A stretch of DNA of 55,115 bases, the filler included, from Sphacelaria rigidula (lineage: Eukaryota): assembly GCA_964200075.2 (NCBI GenBank). It is 4 parts of 4 records of this genome, joined end to end, with 100 filler letters (N's around TTAATTAATTAA, not from the genome) between each part and the next. Parts side by side here need not be neighbours in the genome. Positions count along the whole stretch, not along the records: positions 1 to 13,709 come from CAXNAA020002708.1; positions 13,810 to 27,513 come from CAXNAA020002709.1; 2 more parts are not named here. One strand, written 5' to 3'. Each line of letters opens with the position of its first letter. Within the stretch, counting starts at the first letter, position 1. The position numbers and the translations under genes were made by a program. Of the stretch, positions 10,177 to 23,000 are shown piece by piece. The notes under the pieces were generated by a model. The model was not told the DNA's origin. It searched no databases and saw nothing but the letters and a program-made list of their open reading frames with translations.

Positions 10177-12789
10177 ACTCGTGAAGACATTAACGTCACC
10201 CGCCGGTAGAAAAGATCTTACGGAGACGTGCGTACCGTTGTTGTCAAGGTAGCGCGTGAAGCGTGCTTACGGGGTCGCCGCGCAAGCTATACAGAGTATT
10301 GCACGCGCGCGCCCACACACGCACTGTCTGTCGACTACTGATGTCATCAGCAAGACCGTTTCCTTTCAGCATCAACAAGGTCGTACTGTATTGGATACGA
10401 GCTGGGCCAACTTAAAGGCGGCTAAAAGTTGCCCACACCACAGTTTTCCCAGTTTCCCAAATGAACCCGATGTAAGTATATCACTGTGAACTGCAGAGCC
10501 ACCTGATGACAAAGGACTGCGTCGTTGTTAGATTGGCGTCGTATTCCGATGAAGTTATTGTACTCCATAGAGTACGGGGTGCGTCTGATATCGTTGGCCG
10601 ATAGCGTCTCGGAATGCGTTTTCTTTTAATGCGGTGGGTTCACGTCAGCAATCACCCCGCACTGGGTATATGTTGGGTGCAGCAGCGTCACGCAAAACGT
10701 TGTACGCACGGCCCAATTCGACTAGTCTTGAGATGAAATTTCACCAAGACCTTCTGCACCCAAGGAAATGATACATCCCGGGAGCAGCTGCTGTAGATTC
10801 TCATTTTTTTTCCTGGACTTATGACATTGTCCTGTTTTTGCTGAAATTTCAAATCCCCATAATTTCCTTTTTTCTTTTTTTCTTTGCTGCTCACGGGATA
10901 TTCTACATGTCGATCATGATACGATGCTGTCAAATTTTCAGCGTCCAACTCCTAATTTTACGCCGTGCGTCGCCTGAGCGAGAAAACTACCCACTTCGGC
11001 TGGCCCGGCTCGTGCTGCGGAAATGGCTCACACGCTCGAGTATGATTTGGAAGACAGATGGTCACATTGGCCGTCCGGTTCGGTGCAGATGGGTCAGTAT
11101 GAAGCATGTCGAAGAGATAGCGATGAATAACACCATCGGACGCTTTCCCTCAGTGTTCAGGACATCGGCCATCATACCCACGATTCCCGGCAGTTCGCCC
11201 GCTATGAAAACGCAATCGATATAATCCAACGAGCAAAGTCGATGCGCGTGCGTGGGCAGTGCTGCACCGTATTTTATAAGGTAAAGTTGTATACTGTGTT
11301 TCGGTTCAGAGTGGTGGTTGTTTTGCGTCGATGCACCCCTTCGGTTGAAGTTAATATTTAGCATCATGCACAACCGGCGATTCGCCCAAAGGCGTCGCCA
11401 GACCACTCCACCTCCTACACTAGTGGACCCAAGGGCACACCGCACCATGCTCGAATCAGGATCACTATGTACACGAGGCACGGTTGATGACAACTTCCAG
11501 AGGACAACCTTGAGTTGGACAGAGCTGTGCGTGTAATCTATCTACAGAAAAAATGCCTCCAGATTTCTCATCAGGCTGAATCAAAACGCGAGATCATGAA
11601 TCATCATCATTGTCGTTGTCTGCTTACGATGCCGAGCCCTCTATCTCCAACCCACTGCATTCGGAATGTAAGTATCCAATCGAGCTCCCGGGTGAACACT
11701 TTTACCTGCCTCTGACGGGCCCATGTGGTCCACCGTCACAGCAATAGCGACAGATCGAATCTCGTCCAAGCTCCGATGCGTCCACCACCCCCCTCCAGCC
11801 ATCGCGCCAGTACGGCTCGCCGCAATGAGCCATACAATCAGCTTCCCCCGACGCGTTGCTCTCTCCACTCGCCTCGCCCCTTCGACGGTATGCGGTAGAC
11901 CCGGTCCTTCCGTCGTTCCCCGTTCATCCGCTCCTCCCGAAATGCGATCGACCGCGTGCGCTGATATTTCCGCCACAGGTATCACCACGAGGGTTGCACT
12001 AGTTGCTCGCGAAGTGGGCGGGGGCGACAAGCAGTGGCCCTAGCAACCATAACCCAGCGTTCAGTTACCCGAACACTCGCACCGTCGGCATCGCTCACTT
12101 TTTTACGCCGCCTTTGCCGGCTTGCACAAATATCTGAGGGTTCGCGGGTTCCCAGATGTATCAACGCACGTGCGACTTGACAAGTGCACAGCGATGTTGT
12201 CCCGTGCGAGCTTCACCACCCCTCTGCTCACCGATTTTCTACCACCTGTGGTGAGTCCTGTTTTTCGGTCCAATATCCCACCCGCGCATATTAAAGTCTA
12301 CTGTGAGCATCCTGTCCCGGAATCTTCCCCAGCATTCGAATACTGCGTCGGACTCACCCACGTAGTTCCTGTAGGCGTCCAGGCAGCAACGGGAGGGGGA
12401 ATACGGATCCACCCAGACCTTTCATATCGATGGAAAACGTACAGATACCGACCAACCCAGGCGAGTTTTTTCCCGTTCATCAAATCTTTCTGGGATTCAT
12501 TTATCCCTTCCGTTGTTGATGATATTTTATGCATCCGCATGCACCATGTGTGCGGTCTGCGTGTGATAACCCATGTGTCTTCATGTACCATGTACGGGAC
12601 TGTCCTTGAACCCACCAGTCAGGACGGTGTAACGTCGCAGACAGTGCCAACAACAGTACTGTTTACATACTTCTCAAGACGCACCTAACCACCGCGACGA
12701 CGTGACACCCAGTAGTGTTCACGTATTTTGGGTGATAAGCGTGAACTATCCCGCAGTACAGCAGTTTCTAGTCGAATCAGGAGATTAAA

Positions 12790-13640
12790 AAAACAAAATG
12801 TGGTCAGCGATTTTCAATAGTTCTTTCAGATGTCACCGCTCATCCGGGTGAACGTTTGATCCCGGAGTTGGGGAGCAGGAGATACTAGGCATCCCCTACA
12901 TAGTCCGTAACAAAAAATGTATTTGCGCTTAATGTTGAACGACTTGCAGGCTTAATTCACAGCGGGTGTTGTTGACCGTTTTTGGTCCAAAACACATTTC
13001 TTTTCGGCTCTAGCGCAATGAATGGTGAAAATAAAGATAACGGCCAATAATATTAATCCCGAGAGCGATCGGAACTGATTTACCGACGTCGTGCCATGTA
13101 GAACTCGGTTGGGCGCTTCTCGTAGTTGGGTATTCTTCTGGATTGTAACGTGTAGCATTCTTCCAGAGCACTCGATTGTCCTAGCGCCGATATTGGGAAA
13201 CGAAGCAGGTGGTGTCCAGGACACAACTCTCAAGCTGCTTTTGTCGGGGTGACACAGAGTAAGGACCTCGTTTATCACGGGTGTTATCGACTGTTACTGA
13301 TACAAAAAACACAGTTCCTCGGTTCTAAAACAATTTGTTGGTAAATACATATATATATATATATATATACATTTGTTCACGAGAACGATCGGGATTGCTC
13401 CCATCGTGCAGATATACCCAAGGGTCAGAACCTGGGGCTTGGTAGTCGCAGGATCCCCGAGGACCAGTCAGACTGTATGCCGTTCAATATTGAGTGTAGA
13501 TATGAATTTTGTTGCAGACTGTGGAGCGGATACTCAGCATCTTCCGATACCCAAACTTCGAGATCAAACGCTCACTGGGATGAGCGGTGGCACGCAAAAT
13601 GACTACTAAAAATCATCGACTACGGAAAAATGATGAAACC
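12790..13640. repeat. Inverted pair of diverged fragments related to the ~540-bp TIR family
   Basis: 12790-12960 is the reverse complement of ~13465-13640. 13265-13530 matches 5360-5830 without the LINE insert. (TA)n at 13349-13369. Confidence 0.55.
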
Positions 13641-13709
13641 CCCCTATTCCCCCTCACCTCTAGACTCTTGGGTTGGCGTCGAGTGGCAACGGCGCTGTAA
13701 AACAAGCCA

Positions 13710-13809
13710 NNNNNNNNNNNNNNNNNNNNNNNNNNNNNNNNNNNNNNNNNNNNTTAATTAATTAANNNNNNNNNNNNNNNNNNNNNNNNNNNNNNNNNNN
13801 NNNNNNNNN
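13710..13809. other. Artificial contig linker (N44-TTAATTAATTAA-N44)
   Basis: Identical 100-nt spacer with stop codons in all six frames, repeated at 27514 and 41315. Confidence 0.97.
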
Positions 13810-13935
13810 GGTTGATCCCTTGAGACCACGGACTCATCTCGAGGAAGGAGAGGGGTTCAAAGTGTGAGAAAATAACAGGGCCATAGAATTGACAAGAGCA
13901 GCGATCGATTATGGCCAACAAGTGGTCGAACTGTA

Positions 13936-14298
13936 GCCGGTCACTCTAGTGGCTCAGCTAGTAACATCGAAACCGTCTGACGGTTCGGTTGGGGCGGGTT
14001 TGAATCTCGTTGAAGTTCCACGATCTGTGATTTTTTCTCACATCACGCCCAGAAGTGCAGGACGACTGTGTCGTGGGTACACATACTCCGACTTCACTGT
14101 CGACGAGGGAAATGGACCGCTGGATCCCTCTCGCGATAAGAAGTAAGCAAAGCACCACAGAAGGAAGGTGGGGTACCAAAAAAAAGATAAGAATAAACTC
14201 TTGTGTTGATGTTTCCTCTGCGTGACTCCCGCTGATGCACCCACATATACCGAATGATGCAGGACGGCGTCCAGAATAGATGGGATGGCAACGCACAC
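13936..14298 (+). mobile_element. tRNA-derived SINE, family 1, diverged full length
   Basis: Head GCCGGTCACTCTAGTGGCTCAGCTAG; body and end (CCAGAATAGATGGGATGGCAAC) match the other copies. Confidence 0.8.
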
Positions 14299-17200
14299 TG
14301 TGGCAAAGTAGTCGACTAATTCGTCCAAACGTTGACCACCTTGGTACTCCGTAATGCCTACAAGTGAAACTTACTTCATCTGGTGACGTCGGCCTTTCTA
14401 CAAATAGATGGACTGACCTTTTTGATCTTCATTGGACAATCGGGAAGTGGTGGGTGCAGAAGTGTCTGCGAAGTTCTACCAGCCGTGTGTAGCTGGGTGC
14501 ATCTACGTACAGTACCTCTTACCAACAAACAGGGCAAAACAATATATACATATATATATTACGGTCAACGCATGCGTTTTTTATATACATTTGTAGCAGA
14601 TTTGTTCATCAATTTATTTTGATTTTCATCGTGTTACAACTCATGCGTTGGATTTTGTGGAACTATGCTATCTTGAGCTATATATATAATATATACGTAC
14701 ATATCAAGTGGTGTAAAACGGGTGCAATAATAGGTCGTCCTCAACAGACACTTGTGGTCATGTAGCTCTTCGATATGAAGCTCGCACGGTGGAAGCTACT
14801 GCATATCCCAAAGTGTCGATCCTGCATGATAGCAGCAAACACGGTTCACCAAGCATTGTGCATGCCCCCCCCCCCCCCCGTCCCCCTCCCCCCAACCCCT
14901 TCCCGTCTCTTCCCTCGCTGACAAGAATATCATCCTAAAGCAGACAAGCGAACTCAAGTCGTCCAGGACGTACAGCACATACGCGTGCAGCGGCCAACAA
15001 CATTATTACTAGAAACGATAATCACTCTAGAAATACCACCCCGTCTCTATGCATACCGCAAACGCGAAACCACCGATACCAACCTGGCAGCCCTGAAGAA
15101 TCCCTACACACATTGCGCTCTCTGATTCCGTCGAGGTCAACTCAGCCAGCCTGGACAAACAAGTCCGGGAAGGGGTTGGGGACGGGGGGCAACGGGCGGG
15201 CCTGTAGCTACGTGCAGACATACATGGGATAGCGAGTAGTGTTTGAGACGTACCATGATAACACCGCCCTGCCGCGGAAAATTTATCCTTCCCACGCAGG
15301 CTGTGTTCGGACTATGAAAACTGTTGGGTTATGGATTGTCGGGGATGCGGCGCCTGGAGCGACGCGTGGTTTGACTCGGTGTACAGAGCAACCTGAGGGG
15401 ATATCAGAGACCAGCTGTAATAGCAATAAGCCTGCAAGCTGCCCTGCTTGACCACTCGTTATGGTGGAAACCCCGCTCGAGGGGGCGGGGTGGGGTGGGG
15501 GAACGACATCACGAACGTAGCCAGCAGAAAACACACAGTTGGTGGTATTGATACGTACCCAACCCTTTGACCGCAAGCCAGTTGATTGATTGGCTGTGGA
15601 ACATCATCTAACTGATCCCCGAGGGATGCAGCCGTGGTCATTACCCATAGGACTAGACGTCCCCAAGGTGAACAGAACGGAAAGACTCGCCAAAGGGCAC
15701 TCGAGAACGAGACAGAAGACGAAGAAAAAACAGTAGAATAAACGGAGTGAACTGGGCAGAATACGATCTCGAGAGATAAACAAAACGAAAAAAAATCAAA
15801 CGCAAAGTTTTTGAGATATTTTTCGTGAGAGCACTCGTGCATGGACATCCGATCACAGACGCTCGCATCGACGCGCACAAACACACATGAGCATACTCGA
15901 AAATGACCACATACTCAGCAGTCGCAAGGTCAGGTTTCTGGGTGTAGGTGCACCTTGTCAACAGTGTTCTTTCCCAGCCCAGTCGACCGAGTAACCACAC
16001 CGCCAATGACACGAAGTCGAAGAACTGGACCCTTGGAGGCACAAATCTGCCCCCTCTGTCGGCACCCGGCAGAGCGAAATGTAACCTGATGTTTTCGATT
16101 TGTAGTTGACGCCAAAGATACAAGAAGAGTACAAAACGGTGAACTATTATATTTCGCTTAAAGCGTAACGTTTTTTCAAAATTTGTGCTGGACAAGCGTT
16201 TCGCTACTGCAATATGCAGAGGGAGAGGGAGGGGGCTGGGGGCAGGGAAGGGGAAACAGAGAGAACCAGAGGCAGGGCGACAGGGACGGAGAAGGCGATA
16301 GACAAGCATACGAGAAGGTACAAGAGGAGACACGAATTTACGGGAAGAAAATATCGGAGATCACGGCAGAGCACGTGATTTTCGCCATGCTGACTGCGTT
16401 CACTCATATGACAAGGCGGTACAATCCAACTCTGACGTTGCGAATACGCGAAATGTCAGGCTTCGTTCGTTTTCTCTTTTCAGCGCCGCCAAACAGAGCT
16501 CCCAGGGGTTCGGTTGCATGTATTTAGTCACACAGTAACTCGCTGAGACATATCCTTACATCAAGTGGTAGTGTGAGGTAGGATCTGAGGCGTTTGCACC
16601 CAAAACGGGGCGCGGTACGTCCTTGGCAGTATCGCGTGCACTATATGTGTCTGACAAGATCATGGTGACCTCGGGGAAGCGGGGGGCGGCGATGTGAAAT
16701 CTGGGACAAGCAAAGCAGCCAAAGTGTGTTGTGAATAATTCCTGACACATCGCGTTCGATATATCGTGTGTGATGAACAATGCTCCATACCTGTTGTGTC
16801 ATGAATAGTGAATGGTGAAATAGTGTAAAGGCTGGTTTCGCTCGGGAATCGGGCGAGAATACTGCACGTACGGTCCTGTGCCAAGGAGTGAGGGAGGGGG
16901 TTCGGAAGGAGTAAGAGACAGAGGACATGAACTCATTATAACGCACGCCGTTGCCGATCGACCACCGACCTCGCGTCCCGACAACGTCGGGGTGCAGAGA
17001 TAGGTCGGAGTTTCGCCGACCTTAGGTTGCCTTCCACGGGAGTATCAATAGAAATTAGTCACGTATCCTTGTCCATATGATGCTGTGCCAGCGCGATTTT
17101 ACGATGGGATTTTATTCGGCATTCACATTGATCTATTTCACAACCCTTCAGCACGCGCGGTAATACTCAGAGCTGCACTCGAAGTACAATGTGCCCATGT

Positions 17201-17639
17201 GCAATTGTGGTGTCATTATAAGTTGCGGGGGGGTGGAAAGGGGTAGACAGCCAGAGCCCACCTGACCTTGGAGACGATGGTTGCGGTATACCTCAAGTGC
17301 GGGGGAAACATCAGCAAATGAAGTAGGTGTACTTTTGACATGCTTGATAGCATACATAATATGATTGCGGAGATTTTATGCGCAATTAAGAAATCTGGAA
17401 CGATCTCCGCGTAAAGGTTGCGGGTCATTGAGAGGTCAAAGACCATAAAGGTTTTGGTCAGTTGACAACATGAGCACACAGCAACGAAAGTGTGACACAA
17501 GCTAACGATAACGGGAAAACAGGGTGCCGGCATCCGACGATTGTCTATTTTCAGTAGGCAGGCAGACGGGAAAAGGGTAACAACGCAGCGACGGTGCGTC
17601 TCCGGTATACGAAACTCTCTGAGCTTCAAGATCTCTCAC

Positions 17640-17736
17640 CGTGACAATGGGGGCGCACCTCTCCCGCTCAACGCTTGCTGGTACCCCAGCACATGCAACG
17701 TGTCTACGAGTCTCTCCATCGCAACGAGAATCTCAG
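17640..17736 (-). CDS. Exon resembling the first helix of the IFT57/HIPPI N-terminal CH domain, probably part of the NEK gene
   Basis: Strong acceptor tttctctctctacacag| and donor cg|gtgaga. Translation AEILVAMERLVDTLHVLGYQQALSGRGAPPLSR resembles the remembered IFT57 motif VMEDLVEKLKLLRYE...APSR. Confidence 0.55.
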
Positions 17737-18792
17737 CTGTGTAGAGAGAGAAATGCAACAAAAGTGTCGATCCACATGTAACATGTGTGGGATCAAACAC
17801 GCACGGCACGGGGAAGGGGAGGGGTAAACCCGGACGTACGTACATCCTGGACATTCGCAGCGCCGCTGATGGAAGACAGAAAGTGAGTTGGATAGTTGGT
17901 TGAAAGGAGGTGAAGCCTGTCTGACAAGACACAGCGGAAATCGTGGCGTCGATGGAATGGACGCGCAGCACCGTGCGTAGACGCGTGTAGTCAGAGGCGT
18001 GCGCTATCATCACGAAGCGAACTTGTCTGAGACACATTGAAGCATTAGAGCTTCGGGTCAGACTACAAAATATACCCTTCAACTAGCTTCGACATGCACG
18101 CTAGGAGGCGTGACGGAAATTGCCTGTTGAGGTAGTTTTTGCCGCCGTCGCCAGCCGTACGCCGGTCCTTGGCTTCATTGTCATAACATCTCCAGCGGCA
18201 GACGCTAAGAGCTCATGCTCTTGACGCTGACGCCGTCGCCCGCTTCGTGTGTGCGTGTAACGGTACGGACGGCAAGCACGAAAAACACGACACGTGGGTT
18301 TCTCATATGTTTCAAGCGACCAAGTGGTCAAGTGGATGGGAACAAGAAGGACTATATGGAATGCCTCACAACACCTCACTGCTGGCACACACTCGGTGCA
18401 AGGCGGTCCTGGATCGAACTGCGGCACCCTGGGTGACGGCGCGCAAATGGCGGTCGAATCCAAGACGTGGCTAAAACGGCCCGCATTATCCCCCGGCACA
18501 CCAAAGTAGGGCACCCCCGCACGCGAGAAGAACCACACAATAGGGTGGTTCGCAGCTCGGCCTATCCGTTACCCTTTCAGGCGTGTCTTAACAATAACAA
18601 AAAGTGTTTCAACAGCGATTTTCGTTGTTGATGTGAACCCGTTTGTTCCCCGCTCTGAAAACTACCTTTTCCGAACGCCCCAAAGTTCAAGGGCGACTTT
18701 GCGAGAGTATCGTACCGTTTCTCGCTCGTACTCCTCAGATCAAGTATTTTTCCAATTCGTTCTTGGCCTTCACGATATATACAATACGGCCC

Positions 18793-19957
18793 TTACCCAG
18801 GCCCAGGTCTCCCTTGGTCTTCATTGTCCTCTGCCACTGCCGCAAACCCCGGCCTCGCGTCACTACCTCCGGCGCCACACCACGACCTCCAATCATCATG
18901 TGGTCCAATACCACCATCATTTGGCCTATCACATCTGCTATGTGTACAGGTCGCAGGCTCAGAGCGGTACTCCCCCGTGACTTCATGCGGCACTGCCGCT
19001 TGGTTCCCCCTAGGGGTAGTATTTCTGTTCCTGTGCCCATTCTCGTCTTGGGCCATCGGCCTCAATCTTTTACTTTTGCTCCTCTGTCGTCGTCGCTGCC
19101 GTTGTTGTTGCCGATACTGGTGTTGGTGTGGGTGGTGTATCTCATCTTGGGCATCCTCGTCATCACTGCTCCCGCCTCCGACGAGCACAACTCTATTTTT
19201 TGTAATGCCGCTCTCAGTGACAGCGCCGTGGTCGGCATCACCGACGGCTTGCGGTTGACATACTCTCAACCCCCCCGTACCGCGCTCCCTCTCGTCGACG
19301 TGGGCCGTACAGCCGTCGCCACCGCCGCCGCGTTGTCCCGTACCACCAAGACACCCACCGCCACCAATACCACCGACGTGGTCTGTGCGTTCACATTCGT
19401 CGCTGTGGTATCTTTCAATACGCCTGTATTCTGCGGCACTACTGCTTTGCATTGCTTGCTGCGCCCCGCTTTCACTCCCTCCTCTGCCACCGGCGGCGGT
19501 TACCATCACCGCTGCCGCTGTACCCTGCCTACCGCCGCCACCACATGAACAACACGGACCGTTGCTGGTGGTGTAATGATCCAGAGAGGTACCAACACCG
19601 ACAGCACTTCCCCCTGCGGCGCGTTTGCTCTCTTCCTCAGCCCAGAACCGCCGCGCGCGCGCCGCGCTCTCCTGCCGTCGCACCTCTTGTCGGTCATTGT
19701 TACGCTCCTCTCGCGACGACGATCGAGGGGCGCAGCTGTCACTTTGCTTACATTCGTCTGAAGCTGTCCCAGGCGCATTTGGAGTCGACAGCTGCGAAAC
19801 CGCCGCCGCACGAGTAAGAGCGCACATAATGTCGTTGCCGCCGCCGTCATTATTGTCGACGAACCCGTCATGTTCGATGGCGGGCTGCTCTCTTCTGTTA
19901 CGAGCTGCACAACCCAAACCGTCGATTCCGCTTTGTTGTTGCTGTTGCTGTTGCTGC

Positions 19958-20032
<75 letters not shown>

Positions 20033-23000
20033 CGTTCTTTCAATCGTCCAGATGTAGCGATCCCGCCATCAACATCATTGAGATTATTAGAAGCGTTCCG
20101 CAACGGCATACCGACGCGGTTTATCGCAGTCGCATGGACGGAAGGGTCGACCCCGGCACGGCCTCTACCGGGTGTGGGTGTGGAGTAGAGCACCCCCGCC
20201 CCCGTACGCGAGGCGGCCCCATGCGCGACGGCTTCGGCCTCTTGGTGGTTCGTAGTTGCAGCAGCATTGGCAAAAGCAGCATTCGTGTTTTTCGCGTCGG
20301 GTACCCTCTCTGTTTCCCTGGAAGCGGTCCTCGGCACCGCAGCGCGCGGGGGGTGCACTTTCGGATGAAGATGTGGGGCAGTCTGCGAGAGCGGTGGACG
20401 GGACCCGCAGTGCAACGCAGGGGCAATGAGTTTCTGCTCAGTACTCTTCTTAGACATACCCCAACTGTCCGGCGAGCCTGCTTGCTACCAATTATCAAGT
20501 GGTCGCGCTCAGGGCCAGCTCAAGCTTGGGGGAGATGAAATGACCAGAGCATCACTTGGCGCAGGTCGTTTGAAATATCACATAATGTTGGGGGGGCGGC
20601 GAGAAAATCGGCAGTGGTATCAAATAAATGGAGAAAATACTAAATACTTCTATTGAGCGGACGTCTTGCTATACCCCAAAACTATAGTCATACACAACAC
20701 ACACAATGTCAATAAGATGTGTGCAGCTCATCTTCCCCTGCGATGCTCAAAACATGATCACATCCGCAGCTGCGGAGCTCAGAACAGGTTCAGAACATCT
20801 CGTTCAGAACAACTCACTGCTGGAGGTAGGGAAGGCTCCACTGAGTCGTGCAATGCTTTCATGTGTTTTGCCGACGAGCAAACCTGACAGGGGCAAACAT
20901 GACCGAAGGTAGTAAAAGAAAAACAGCGTTTGTCGTCACCGTGTATATCGAATAGGAATCAAAAGAACGTAGCATTCCGAACGGGATAATGACAACCGAA
21001 AACGCTCCTGTTCTGACCTTCCCCCTGTGTGACTCTGGCTGGTGCGCCCACATGTACCGAACGGTGTAGACCGGCGTTCACAATAGATGGAACAACAACA
21101 CATACACACACAACAGAAATAGGGGGGCGAAAACAGCCGATCCACTACGCAGCAACAACGTGATCTTCACTAAGACTCAAGATTGTTTCGACCATTGTAT
21201 GTTGGTAAACATGCACATATTGTGCGAATTCTCGTTCGCTATGAAATGCTCACCAATACCAACGACTATGATCGACTTCCTAACGCAGAGTGTATTTTTA
21301 ATCATTCTCTCACGTTCATTTCCATCATCATCTGGATTGGGATTTTATCCTTTTTCCTTCCCCTTTCCTTCCCTTGTTTTTTCTGTGTTGCTCCGTCTCT
21401 CGTTCTCATTCATATTTTCCTCCGCCTGGTTTACTTTACCCTTCTCCTTTGCCGTCTCTCCAGCTTCCTCCGCCGAGTGTTTTTCTTCGTTTCATTGGGT
21501 ACTTGATACGGTACGTCTGTGTTCGAATCATTAGATCTCTCGGGGTCCGTTGATGTAAAACAAGTAATCGATCTGCCAATCAAGCGATCAACCAATGAGT
21601 CAATGAACCAATCAGTGCATGATGCGGGCCGCGCGAATAAATCAAAAGGAGCACTGTTTTCGACTCGAGAGGGTTTCCAAGGTCCGTTATTATTTCGGTC
21701 AAATGTCAGCACGAGTTCCCGTGACAACTCTCGCAATCACGCCAATTCTGAACGAGACACGTAATCGAAACTCGTCATCTTTCACGAGGCATTGCCGTTC
21801 AAAGCTGGGAACTGGCGAATTCGGGTGCTGTAGCTGCATGCGGGCATTTCCACTGGTCAAAACACAACACACGGTCAACTGTCTTCTTCTTTGGTCATTG
21901 CAGGTTGAACAGCCGATCATCGATATTGAGAATTGAGCTTTTCATTGAGGATGGATCTTTTCATTGAGGATGAGAACCCGGAGAATTGAAACCTTCGTAT
22001 CCACATCAAATCTTCGAAATATGGTTCCATTCCTTCACCTACTGGTACCTATTGACAACTGCTACACGCCCTACAAATAGGGATTTCGAAAACCGAAATG
22101 TTGGGGTCCTCGATGAAGTGACAACTTTGGGGAATCTGGGTGATCCGATCGGATCGCCGCAATTCCCCAAATTTTTCACTTCATCGAGGACCCCAACATT
22201 TCGGTTATCGAAATCCAAATTTGTAGGGCGTGCAGCAGTTGTCGATAGCTACCAGTCGATGAAGGAATGGAACCATATTCCGAGGATTTGGTGTGGATAC
22301 GAAGATTTTGATTCTCCCATTCTCATCCTCAATGAAAGGATCCATCCTCAATTTCGATAATCGACTGTTATTGGACGATGTGATGCCCTCAGCCGTGCTG
22401 TTCACATGCACCATCGAATATTTGAATTTCGATAATGAAGTAAGAGGCCGTGGATCTGTCTTAGAACATACCCCCAAAAGTTCGAATAAACTGTTCCCAT
22501 ATGCTTCTACTTGTGACCTGCCAAAAAAGATCGTGAAAGAGTGAAAATGCACATATATATATATATATATTATATACATAACTTCACAAAGGTAAGTGTG
22601 GTATTTTTGTCTAGGTGAACTTTTGAGCCCGCTGAACTTGTACCGTTGAGCTGTTGTCTGGGGAGTGGATATCCGGCGAGTAAATATTTCCAGCAAATTC
22701 TCTGTGCACCCCTGTAGTACTAGAAACGGAACTAAGCACTACTCGTATAGCCCCCGAAATGTACGGTTTCCTTAACAAAACGGTTGCATATCTGAGCCAT
22801 AGACCCAACGAAATTTTGGGGATGTATCACACACATGCTGCAAGATCCTGCTCGGCATCACCGGGCTTCTGTTGCAAGTTCAGGCTGAGCTCGCGAACCA
22901 GACGGACGGGCACTCAAGTGAAAACGTACTTGGCAAAACCTCAAGCTGCTTGTTCCCGGCAGATTACGGCACCTAATCATATACTGGCTATAAACTCTAC

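Noticed and set aside
6400-12700. Coding-like ORFs (8643-9179, 11062-11493, 12122-12688 and others)
   Set aside because: No recognisable motif or consistent exon chain. They may be decayed genes or TEs, but cannot be supported without a search.
13754-13765. TTAATTAATTAA as a biological motif
   Set aside because: Synthetic six-frame stop spacer embedded in Ns.
18643-20538. Plus-strand ORFs with poly-Cys and poly-Leu
   Set aside because: Antisense shadows of the large NEK poly-Gln exon.
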